Shown: one piece after another, positions 23,233-32,656 of the stretch
Layout: each line of letters starts with the position of its first letter
How positions within the stretch are numbered: position 1 is the first letter of the stretch
Assembly (NCBI RefSeq): GCF_001194135.2
Contig: NC_069005.1
Location: forward strand, 29,179,533 to 29,216,628
DNA: 37,096 nucleotides
Source: Octopus bimaculoides
Taxonomy: Eukaryota
Direction of reading: 5' to 3'
The notes under the pieces: model-generated
Told to the model about the DNA's origin: nothing
Seen by the model: the letters and a program-made list of their open reading frames with translations, nothing else
Databases searched by the model: none
Position numbers and translations under genes: made by a program

Positions 23233-23233
<1 letters not shown>
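23160..23233. repeat. 29-bp tandem repeat, ~2.5 copies, next to a WDR76 acceptor
   Basis: gacattcagaa recurs at 23165, 23194 and 23223. Confidence 0.9.
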
Positions 23234-23265
<32 letters not shown>

Positions 23266-23277
23266 ATGCACATATGA

Positions 23278-23480
23278 TGATCATCATCAACGTCGTTTAA
23301 CATCCGCCTTCCATGCTAGCATGGGTTGGACGATTTGACTGAGGACTGGTGGACCAGGAGGCGACACCAGGCTCCAATCTGATTTGGCAGAGTTTCTACA
23401 GCTGGATGCCCTTCTTAACACCAACCACTCCGAGAGTGTAGTGGGTGCTTTTACGTGCCACCGGCACGAGGGCCAGTCGG
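23278..23480 (-). mobile_element. Young RTE-tail copy
   Basis: High identity to 1209-1470. Confidence 0.8.
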
Positions 23481-23974
23481 TAATTAAATTAAGAAATTTC
23501 AACTTATTTGTGATCTCAGATTGAAACAGATGCTAATCCATCAGAAGGTAACTTTCCCAGGGTCATGCTGTTTTACCCCTCCCCTCAATACAATCTGCTG
23601 AAATATATCCCCAGGCCCTATTTCCACCAATCCTTTTTTAATGGCTTTGTGAGAATGAAAATATGACTTGCAAGTCTCACTCTTCTTTGCGTCACTGTCT
23701 CTTGCATGTTTTCTGATTGCCAGAAGACCTCTTTTATGGAACCACGAGTGGCCTTAGGTGAGTTTGTATCAAATGGATTAAAAATCACGAAGAGAGCAAT
23801 ATGTACCCCTAAAACTGCAGCTTCTTACTTCTTAGAATTTACAATGATGATGATGCAGTTTGTGATGGTGGAGATTGGGACAATGACAATTAACCCTTTA
23901 GCATTCAGATTATTCTGAATTAATCTTGCATTATCTCATAGTTTTGAGATTTCAATGGTGTATTCTTTGCTCTT

Positions 23975-24175
23975 TTTACTTGTTCCAGTCATTTGACTGT
24001 GGCCATGCTGGAGCACCGCCTTTAGTCGAAGAAATCGAACCCAGGACTTATTCTTTGTAAGCCCAGGACTTATTCTATCGGTCTCTTTTGCTAAACCGCT
24101 AAGTTACGGGGACGTAAACACACCAGCATCGGTCATCAAGCGATGTTGGGGGACAAACACAGACACACAAACATA
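23975..24175 (-). mobile_element. Third SINE-like family
   Basis: acttgttccagtcatttgactgtggccatgctggagcacc...gtcaagcgatgttgggggacaaacacagacac. Copies near 6935-7110, 7960-8100 (+), 24915-25140 and 25405-25530 (+). Confidence 0.7.
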
Positions 24176-24256
24176 TACATATATATATATATATATATAC
24201 ATCCCTTTGTTGTTTACACCACCTGTCTTCGCCTGTTGTTTTTTTCGTAAATTCTC

Positions 24257-24330
<74 letters not shown>

Positions 24331-24331
<1 letters not shown>

Positions 24332-24493
24332 ATGGGCTTCTTTCAGTTTCTGTCTACGAAATCCACTTACATGGGTTTGATCGGCCCGAAGCTTTAGTAC
24401 AAGATACTTGTCCAAGGTGCCACGCAGTGGGACTGAACCCAGAACCATGTGGTTGGTAAGCAAGCTACATACCACCCAGCCACTCCTGCGCCT
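24331..24493 (-). mobile_element. tRNA-derived SINE, full length
   Basis: gatgggcttctttcagtttc...aaggtgccacgcagtgggactgaaccc...ccactcctgcgcct. Confidence 0.8.
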
Positions 24494-24720
24494 ATGTTGA
24501 TACATACTGTTTTATTTTTAGAATGACATTTTAGGATAAGTCTGAGAGGCCAGATCTGGTTGGTTTGAACATAAAACAGGTAGAATATATGGGCTGGTTA
24601 TGGCTGGTTTGAATGCTAAAAAGTTAAGACAGTAGTGGTAAGGGCATCAGTGATGGTGGTTTAGTGGTAGTGGTGATGTTGATGAATAACAATAAAAAAA
24701 GTTATAACTTTATAATTTAC

Positions 24721-24774
24721 CTAATGGAATGGAGACACGGCATGCTTGAAGATAATTTGCTGCTATCATATATT
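24721..24774 (-). CDS. WDR76: WDR76 small coding exon
   Basis: ttttcag|A ... ATTAG|gtaaat. Encodes (R)IYDSSKLSSSMPCLHSI(S). Phase 2/2 bridges both neighbours. Confidence 0.88.
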
Positions 24775-25148
24775 CTGAAAAAGAAAAAAAATTTATATAC
24801 ATATATCATCATCGTTTAATGTCCATCTTCCATGCATGCATGTATACCACCTCGTATACATAATATACATGGTTATGGAGTAGGCTTTTTAATTCCCCAA
24901 CATATCCTTCATCCTTTTACTTGTTTCAGTCATTAGACCATGGCCATGGTGGGGCACCACCTTAAAGGATTTTTAATTGAATGAATAATCGACCCCAGTT
25001 CATTTTTTTTCTTTTAAAGTTTGGTTCTTATTCCATCAGCCTCTTTGGTCACTAATTTACGGAGACATAAACATACCGACATCAGTTGTCAAGCAGTGGT
25101 GGAGGACATACAGACACAAAGACAAACACACACACACACACACACATA

Positions 25149-25314
25149 TGAGGAGTGCTGAAAAGTTCCCCGCTGTAAGGCTCTCGCGAAAGGCCTGGTT
25201 GGAGGCCCAACCTTCGGAGTTCTCTTACAGGGCTTAGAAAAACTGAAGGACCACTACAGTAGGTGTGTGAATCTGAGAGGGGAATATGTTGAATAAAATC
25301 ATAACTGATCCTCC
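25149..25314 (+). mobile_element. Mariner MITE, truncated copy
   Basis: TA|tgaggagtgctgaaaagttcc. Reads QGLEKLKDHYSRCVNLRGEYVE*, the mariner KL..RW.KCV...G.YVE terminus. Confidence 0.8.
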
Positions 25315-25605
25315 AGTATATGTCAAACTGTCCAACCCATGCCAGCATGGAAAGCAGATGCTAAATGATGATGATGATGATGATATATATATTATATATG
25401 GCAAAAGAAACCAACAAAATAAGTACCAGACTTAAGAAAAAGTATTGGGGTAGATTTGTTTAACTAAAGCTCTTGAAGGCAAGTGCCCCAGCATGGCCAC
25501 AGTTGAATGACCGAAATAGTTAAAAGGCAAGGAAAAAAAGAAAACCAGCATCCAATAATCTAACCAAGGCAAGAAATTGTCAGTGAGAAGTAGTGGGTTT
25601 CATAC

Positions 25606-25752
25606 CTGATTCTGTCGTCTTGTGCAGTGGAGAGGATGTATTTCCCTGTGAGGGGTGAGAAATAAGCACTGTCGACCATTCTGGAGGCAGACATAGAACA
25701 TATCTTGTTTGGTTTCTTCTTGGTTGCTCTCAGGTCCCATAATGATACTGTA
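25606..25752 (-). CDS. WDR76: WDR76 WD40 exon
   Basis: cattgcag|T ... ATCAG|gtatga. Encodes TVSLWDLRATKKKPNKICSMSASRMVDSAYFSPLTGKYILSTAQDDRI(R), including the SAYFSPLTG signature. Confidence 0.95.
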
Positions 25753-25900
25753 CTGCAATGGTATGAAGACATTTTACATTTTTATCGATTTATCTTGAGA
25801 GAAAAAAAAGAGTAAAAACACAAAAATTTCATGAATGACTCAATTTCATTCTGCTCTACAGCTGTTTCAATGATTAGAATACAAACAATTTATATAACTA

Positions 25901-26037
25901 CAACAGGGCACTGAAAAGTTCCTGGCCCTGGGTAAAAGAAAATACAGGAGGATTGGTTAATTATGATTTTATTCAATATATTCCCCTCTAAGATTCACAC
26001 ACTTATTGCAGTGGTCCTTCAGTTTTTCTAAGCCCTA
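25901..26037 (-). mobile_element. Mariner MITE, truncated inverted copy
   Basis: Reverse complement of the right half of 32184-32400. Confidence 0.75.
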
Positions 26038-26389
26038 TTCTTGATGGAATTTGATCTCAGAATGTGAAGCCAGAAGAAATGCCACCACTAAGCATTTTGT
26101 CCAATGTGTAAACGATTTTGCCAACTGGCCACCTCAATAACCAAAAGCAATAATAACGGTTTCAAATTTTGGCACAATGTTGGGGGAGGGGGATAAGTCG
26201 ATTACGTCAACCCCAGGGTTCAGCTGGTATTTATTTTTGTTGATCCTGAAAGGACGAGAGGCAAAGGGAAGCTTGGTGGAATTTGAACTCAGAATGTGAA
26301 GATGGATAAAATGATGCCAAGCATCTTGCCCAGCATGTTAGCGATTCTGTTGGCTCAATGCCGTCTCGCAGCAATAATAATGAGAGACC

Positions 26390-26805
26390 ATGCTGGGCCT
26401 CATGGAGGCAAGGAATGAGGTGGCAAAGCATGATCTTCAAATGCTGGGCCTCATGGAGGCGATGACAAGTGACCGAGGCCATGGCAATAAGCTGTGCCTG
26501 AGAAGACCCGTCGAGCCAAGTGAACTCGTAGTCGTGGTCATTACAAGCCTCATGTAAATGGTATCTGTGAGATTGTAGTCATGGCCAGTGTCATGTAACT
26601 GGCACCCATGCATGCCCATGGCATATAGAAAACACTCATTACACTCTGTAAAGTGGTTGGCGTTAGGGAGGGCATCCAGCTGTAGAAACCTTGCCAAATC
26701 AGACTGGAACCTGATGCAGCTCTCCGGTTTGTCAGTTCCGGTCAAACCGTCCAACCCATGCCAGCATGGAAAGCGGACAATAAATGACAAATGATGAAGA
26801 TGATG
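26390..26805 (+). mobile_element. RTE LINE 3' region with (GAT)n tail
   Basis: gggcctcatggaggcgatgacaagtgacc...gagaagacccgtc...aggagggcatccagctgtagaaacc...ccaacccatgccagcatggaaagcggac + gatga repeats. Reverse complement of the tail family. Confidence 0.7.
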
Positions 26806-26814
26806 AATACTTAC

Positions 26815-26916
26815 CAGTCTAGCCCCGCAGTAACAAAATATTCCTTTTTTACAGGATGGATATCAACAGAACGAAGGCCTTTGTGGCTTGCTGTGAACAA
26901 ATTTTCAGGTTTGCCA
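26815..26916 (-). CDS. WDR76: WDR76 WD40 exon
   Basis: tttttccag|T ... GACTG|gtaagt. Encodes (S)GKPENLFTASHKGLRSVDIHPVKKEYFVTAGLD(C). Phase 2/2. Confidence 0.93.
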
Positions 26917-27350
26917 CTGGAAAAAGAAATGAAAAGAAAAAAATATAATATTTTTTTTTTTATAAAAGGGACATTACATGTAGTTATGGACCCTATTTCA
27001 ATTATTTGTCAGAGACATTACAGGTAATTATGGACCCTACTTCAAGTGTTTACCAAGAACACAAGTAGCTATGGACATTTCAGCATGCAACCTCCACATG
27101 GATCCTATTTTAAGTGTTTGTCCAGGAGAATACATGTAGCTATGGGACTTCCACATGGGCCCTATTTAAAGTGTTTGTTAGGAACACTATATGTAACTAT
27201 AGACCCTTCAATTAGTAATTTGGAAGCATAGTAAGAATTTAACTAGCTTCGATTATAAACTTTTCATGAGTTAAAACACTGTAAAAACTAGAAAGAAAAG
27301 AGAAAAACAAAAGACAATTAAGACTTAGATAATTAAATAGATTAGCCAAC

Positions 27351-27472
27351 CTTTTTGTACGTATGTCAACAACAGCAACATCTCCATCACTTTGTGAGAC
27401 AAATAGCGTGTTAGCATCAAAGAAGGAAAAGTTGCGTAACAACACATCATCTTCTTCTGGAGTGTAGTAAAT
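27351..27472 (-). CDS. WDR76: WDR76 WD40 exon
   Basis: ttttgtag|ATT ... AAAAG|gttggc. Encodes IYYTPEEDDVLLRNFSFFDANTLFVSQSDGDVAVVDIRTK. Phase 0/2. Confidence 0.9.
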
Positions 27473-27475
27473 CTA

Positions 27476-27506
<31 letters not shown>

Positions 27507-27519
27507 GAAAAATTGTAAA

Positions 27520-27670
27520 AAAAACATTCAAGCAGGTGGCACGTAAAAAACACCATTTTGAGCGTGGCCATTTCCAGTACTGCCGGACTGGCCCTCGTGC
27601 TGGTGGCATGTAAAAGCACCCACTACATTCTCGGAGTGGTTGGCGTTAGGAAGGGCAACCAGCTGTAGAG
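27520..27670 (+). mobile_element. RTE-tail fragment, opposite orientation
   Basis: Reverse complement of 1330-1470. Confidence 0.75.
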
Positions 27671-27988
27671 ACTCTGAATAAGTATATAGATGTATGTGTC
27701 CCACTGTTCATTTCTAATCTTTCGTGAGAAACATATCTAGTTACAGGAAAATATTACCTAATTTGGAAAGAGGTGAGAGGAAATGCATCTGACCATAGAG
27801 AAATCTGCCTTAATCCATTCCGTCTGACCCATGCGAACATGAAAAAGCAGACCTTAAACGGTGATGATGAATTGATGAAGTGAAACTATTTTACAACAGT
27901 AACATCCATTTAGTCAACATTCTGAGACACCACAATTGGTCAATTCCTTAATGTAACAATGCTATTGGTTACCCAAGTTTATACTTAC

Positions 27989-28147
27989 AGCTTCAAAAAT
28001 GTCCTTTTCAAAGTAGCCACAACGTAGAGTACCATCATAACTACAAGAGTACAGCTGGTGTAGATTATATGGATTAAATGCAAGACAGTTGACTGGTTTG
28101 GTGTGGGGATTAAAACAGACAGCTCCACCATCAGCAAGTCCTTGACT
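27989..28147 (-). CDS. WDR76: WDR76 WD40 exon
   Basis: tttccag|AGT ... GCT|gtaagt. Encodes SQGLADGGAVCFNPHTKPVNCLAFNPYNLHQLYSCSYDGTLRCGYFEKDIFEA, matching the WDR76 FHPHSQPVSCL..SYDGTLRCG motif. Confidence 0.95.
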
Positions 28148-28257
28148 CTGGAAATAATGAAGTTGACATACATATATATATATACAACGGAGTAAGCACA
28201 TAAATGTGCAACAAGGTGGAAACAAGAGTATTCAAATAGCAGAGGTAGAGTAATATG

Positions 28258-28368
28258 CTTTATTTAAAAGCAGCAGAAATATAACAAAAAGTTGTTACTC
28301 AGCGTTTCACGTTCCTGTTCATCAGACATAACAGCTTTTTGTTATATTTCTGCTGCTTTTAAATAAAG
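28258..28368 (-). ncRNA. Minimal type I hammerhead ribozyme motif closing a perfect 34-bp inverted repeat (Penelope-like pLTR / retrozyme type)
   Basis: Minus strand reads tgt-CTGATGA(28325-28319)-aca GGAA cgt-GAAA(28308-28305)-c gctga g-TA|aca. Arms 28258-28291 and 28335-28368 are exact reverse complements. Confidence 0.7.
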
Positions 28369-28372
28369 TGTA

Positions 28373-28456
<84 letters not shown>

Positions 28457-28466
28457 GAGATACATG

Positions 28467-28735
28467 GCAGCTGTGAGAGTCAGAGCATTGGGTTCAATAC
28501 CACCCAACTTGAAGAAACATCTGTACACTTTAGAAATACTTTACAATCTGGGTGTATTACGAAAATCATCTTTACTTGGAACTTCATGCAGTATGCATGA
28601 AGTACTGTCTGTCTGGGGTTCTTGTTGTGACTTGGCAGACAATACAAACCCTGGTACACATGATATCTTTAATCTACAACATCACAATATCGGGTACTGT
28701 GCAACATCAATAATAATAATAATAATAATAATAAT
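28467..28735 (+). mobile_element. 3' end of an RLE-type non-LTR retrotransposon (R4/Dong-like) with (TAA)n tail
   Basis: Reads AAVRVRALGSIPPNLKKHLYTLEILYNLGVLRKSSLLGTSCSMHEVLSV, matching the recalled R4/Dong C-terminal motif (GALG.IP..L.KHL..L.I.....LQK..LLGT..ILRKVL). (AAT)n at 28709-28735. Confidence 0.7.
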
Positions 28736-29094
28736 TGTGTTTCCAAATTTTGGCACAAGGCTAGCAATTTCAGGATAGGGGTAAGTCCAATACATTGACC
28801 ATAGTACTCAGTTGGTACTTATTTTATTGACCTTTAGAAATACCAGCTAAATCACCCTCAGATCTTATTTAATGTAGTACTGAGTACTAAATTTTATTAC
28901 ACTTGAATAAAAGATAGCATGGTCATGTTTGGAAAGCCTCTAATCACAATTCTACTTACAGTGTGTATGACTGTGTATATAAATATACATATATATATAT
29001 ATCATCATCATCATCGTTTAACATCCGCTTTCCATGCTAGCATGGGTTGGACGATTTGACTGAGGACTGGTGAAACCGGATGGCAACACCAGGC

Positions 29095-29126
<32 letters not shown>

Positions 29127-29867
29127 NNNNNNNNNNNNNNNNNNNNNNNNNNNNNNNNNNNNNNNNNNNNNNNNNNNNNNNNNNNNNNNNNNNNNNNNNN
29201 NNNNNNNNNNNNNNNNNNNNNNNNNNNNNNNNNNNNNNNNNNNNNNNNNNNNNNNNNNNNNNNNNNNNNNNNNNNNNNNNNNNNNNNNNNNNNNNNNNNN
29301 NNNNNNNNNNNNNNNNNNNNNNNNNNNNNNNNNNNNNNNNNNNNNNNNNNNNNNNNNNNNNNNNNNNNNNNNNNNNNNNNNNNNNNNNNNNNNNNNNNNN
29401 NNNNNNNNNNNNNNNNNNNNNNNNNNNNNNNNNNNNNNNNNNNNNNNNNNNNNNNNNNNNNNNNNNNNNNNNNNNNNNNNNNNNNNNNNNNNNNNNNNNN
29501 NNNNNNNNNNNNNNNNNNNNNNNNNNNNNNNNNNNNNNNNNNNNNNNNNNNNNNNNNNNNNNNNNNNNNNNNNNNNNNNNNNNNNNNNNNNNNNNNNNNN
29601 NNNNNNNNNNNNNNNNNNNNNNNNNNNNNNNNNNNNNNNNNNNNNNNNNNNNNNNNNNNNNNNNNNNNNNNNNNNNNNNNNNNNNNNNNNNNNNNNNNNN
29701 NNNNNNNNNNNNNNNNNNNNNNNNNNNNNNNNNNNNNNNNNNNNNNNNNNNNNNNNNNNNNNNNNNNNNNNNNGTTTATTTACGTTTGTCGTAATTTGAA
29801 TTTAACATATGAGAGCGTCTCATAAAGCAAGATTTATATATCTTAATTTGTAGAGGAATTTGTAGTG

Positions 29868-29941
29868 GGTAGCTTAGCTTAATCGGTCAAAGCATCGTGA
29901 CATGTAATCACGGAGATGTGAGTTCGAGTCCACAGCTAGCC
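29868..29941 (+). tRNA. tRNA-Thr(TGT)-like gene, probably a pseudo-tRNA
   Basis: Acceptor GGTAGCT/AGCTAGC (6 of 7 pairs), A box TAGCTTAATCGG, anticodon stem CGTGA/TCACG around loop CATGTAA, B box GTTCGAGTCC, TTTT at 29950-29953. Defects: A33, one base missing from the T-stem, one extra base before the anticodon stem. Confidence 0.6.
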
Positions 29942-30120
29942 ACCTACACTTTTCTCTCCAAAATAGAGATAGTTTATCCTGTTCAGGCTATATTATTAGC
30001 ATTATTCTGCGATTGAGAATTTAAAATCACTTCTTTAACTTTCTAATGTTATTTATTGTTTTGGGGATCATGTTTTTTCACAAACAGAAGGTAGAAATTT
30101 TGAAGAATTGCTTATTATTG

Positions 30121-30500
30121 AAGTTAGACATAAGAGGAATTATATGCAGTGTGCAAGAGAGGAGACTGTGTTGGTTTGGTCATGTGATGTGGATGAATGA
30201 GGAGAGTTACATAAAGAAGTGCTGATCACTTAAAGAGGAGGAAAGTTGTGGAAGAAGGAGACCCAGGAAGGCATGGATGAAGTATTGAACAGAGAACCGA
30301 GATATGTGGCACATTGGTGTACTCAAGAAGACCCACCCATCACAACAGAATTGATATTTAAAAACTAAGGTACTATATAAAAAGCATTGGTGTGGGCGTT
30401 GGTGCTACATAAAAAGCACCTGGCACACTCTGTAAAGTGGTTAGCATTAGGAAGGGCCACCAAGCTGTAGAAAACAAGCCAAAATAGACTATGGAACCTG
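30121..30500 (+). mobile_element. Degenerate RTE-clade LINE: C-terminus of the RT ORF plus 3' UTR
   Basis: Frame reads KLDIRGIICSVQERRLCWFGHVMWMNEESYIKKC*SLKEEESCGRRRPRKAW, matching the RTE RLRWFGHV.RM.....GRPRKTW motif. Contains an internal stop. Confidence 0.8.
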
Positions 30501-30539
30501 GTGTGGCCCCAGGCCTTGGCACTTATTTCTTTACTGCCC

Positions 30540-30755
30540 ACAAGGGGCTACATACAGAGGGGACAAACAGGGTCAGACAAATGGATTAAGTCGATTATAT
30601 CGACTCCAGTGCATAACTGGTACTTATTTAATCGATCCCAAAAGGATGAAAGGCAAAGTCGGCCTTGGTGGAATTTGAACTCAGAACGTAGCGGCAGATG
30701 AGATACCGCTAAGCATTTCGCCCAGCGTGCTAACGCTTCTGCCAACTCGCCGGTT
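30540..30755 (-). mobile_element. Second SINE family, near full-length copy
   Basis: High similarity to 1874-2065. Confidence 0.75.
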
Positions 30756-30932
30756 GGTATCAAAAGGGTTAATATTTTCAGCCCTGTCTTAACACTGCCT
30801 TCACAGATTCCATGACTCCCTGTTGCCATGTAATTCCATTATTATGAATTTGAATTGGAAGATCTTTCAACCACTGGATCAAAACCACCTCAGAGATAAG
30901 GGAAACATTTGAAAAAATTTCTTCAAAAATAC

Positions 30933-31087
30933 CTTACTAATGATGCAGAAGTAGGTGTTTTCAGCTTCTGAGGTTCAGCTGCATCGGAAAGGTTCTTCAG
31001 ATTGGCAGCAAACACTTTGGTGCTATCTTCTGTATTTTCATTACTCACCAAGTCAGACATCTTGAGAGGACCCAATGGCTTGCGTTC
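30933..31087 (-). CDS. WDR76: WDR76 coding exon
   Basis: gtcttttag|GAA ... GTAAG|gtattt. Encodes ERKPLGPLKMSDLVSNENTEDSTKVFAANLKNLSDAAEPQKLKTPTSASLV. Phase 0/2. Confidence 0.85.
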
Positions 31088-31554
31088 CTAAAAGACAAGA
31101 CAGAACAAAAACTACATTCACACGGGGACTATAAACCTGAAGCTTGAACAGGCTTTTCAGTGTTTTATCACTTATTGTTATCCATCACCAGCTGCCAAAC
31201 ACAGCAGCAGAGGAAACTGATTATCTTTGCTATTGTATAGGCTTTTATCTTTTATCTCTCACTTGTTTCAGTCATTGGACTGCGACCATGCTGGAGCAGC
31301 ATGACCACACTCCAATGACTGAAAGAGGTTGGGAGCTGACCAGACTCCAATTATCTGTTGTGGCATGATTTCTATGGCTGGATGATTTTACGTGGCACCA
31401 GCCTGAAAGCATTTTATGTGACGCTAGCACAAGAGCATTTTAAATAGCACTGAACACGAGTTCATCTTATGTGGGACCAGCACGAGTGCATTTTACATGG
31501 CACTGGCACAAGTTCATCCTATGTGGTGCCAGCACCAGCACAAGTGCATTTTAC

Positions 31555-31684
31555 GTGGCACCTTCACGAGTGCATTTTACGTGGCACCTTCACGAGTGCA
31601 TTTTACGTGGCACCTTCACGAGTGCATTTTACGTGGCACCTTCACGAGTGCATTTTACGTGGCACCTTCACGAGTGCATTTTAC
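31555..31684. repeat. 26-bp minisatellite, 5 perfect copies
   Basis: (gtggcaccttcacgagtgcattttac)x5, preceded by degenerate units from ~31385. Confidence 0.95.
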
Positions 31685-31918
31685 AACACTGGCACCTGCA
31701 AGACAAAAGGCCTCCCAGCTGGGAGAAGGAGTGGAAGCATGGCTATAAAGGACATGCCAGTTAGATGATATATTTGCCTAAATACATACATTACATATAT
31801 GCAAACACCTAAATACATCACAAATGCACTTACATACATACATACACAGGCGTGTAGATTCTCTTCAATTTTTTGTTTTAAAAAATAAACAAATGAAATG
31901 TAGAACAACTTTGCTTAC

Positions 31919-32018
31919 CATTTTCTCCTCTGGTTCAACATCTGGCAGGGATAGGAGTGGTACTCCTGAAGGATCTATGCGCTGAATACGTGCGCTTCTG
32001 CGTGTTGGTGTAAACACC
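31919..32018 (-). CDS. WDR76: WDR76 coding exon (RRSxR motif)
   Basis: tgtccag|G ... ATG|gtaagc. Encodes (R)VFTPTRRSARIQRIDPSGVPLLSLPDVEPEEKM. Phase 2/0. Confidence 0.85.
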
Positions 32019-32183
32019 CTGGACAGAAGAAGCAAAAAGATATGTAAAGAAGATGCCAACAAAACTAAAAAAAAAAATAAATAAATAAAATATCATATAT
32101 TGTAAACAAGAGGTTGTTGGTTTCCATAGTTTACTTCGAGAATCTAAGCAGCTATCAACGTCATCTTTTTAGGCTGCTATATA

Positions 32184-32400
32184 TAAGGGGGTATTGAAAA
32201 CTTCCTGGCTTTAAGGGTATCACAAAAGACCTGGTTGGAGGCCCAACCTTCTGAGTTCTTTGACAGGGCTTAGAAAAACTGAAGGACCGCTGCAATAAGT
32301 GAGTGAACCTAAAAAGGGGAATATGTTGAATAAAATCATAATTAACTGATCCTCCTGTATTTTCTTTTACCCAAAGCCAGGAACTTTGCAGCTCCCTGAT
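32184..32400 (+). mobile_element. Non-autonomous mariner (MITE) retaining the transposase 3' end
   Basis: TA followed by imperfect TIRs (aagggggtattgaaaacttcctggcttt / aaagccaggaactttgcagctccct). Internal GLEKLKDRCNK..., matching the mariner C-terminus. Confidence 0.8.
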
Positions 32401-32656
32401 GGGCAACTCAAGGCAATGTGATCTTAGTCCAAAATGTTGCATTTCCCACTTTCATTATAATCTTTCTGCAACTTTCTCCAAATAACGCAAGGCTTGCTGA
32501 CACAAACTGCCACTACTCCCCTTGGCTTCTATTTTATTGGATAGGAAAAAAATGTTATTTGGGGACCATGAAGTAAGAGGCATGATAGAAACCTCAAAAT
32601 ACTAAGATTTAAATTCAGGGACAAAGGTTAAAGGAAATCTTTTTTTAAATCTTTAC

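Larger units (their letters stand above)
23890..24627. mobile_element. piggyBac-like TTAA MITE split by nested SINEs
   Basis: ttaa|ccctttagcattcag left half to ~23965 and right half ~24508-24627 ending gctaaaaag|ttaa, with two SINEs between. Confidence 0.6.

Noticed and set aside
28500-28680. Minus-strand frame with ...MIFVIHPD... as the missing WDR76 exon
   Set aside because: No convincing WD40 match or splice phases, and the region is better explained by the plus-strand R4/Dong-like fragment.
30770-30890. Short open frame on the - strand after exon 30933 (VVLIQWLKDLP...)
   Set aside because: It ends in a stop, lacks WDR76 similarity and has no good donor.
31555-31684. Regular repeats resembling a CRISPR array
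   Set aside because: Head-to-tail identical units with no unique spacers, eukaryotic context and no cas genes. The same applies to the satellite.
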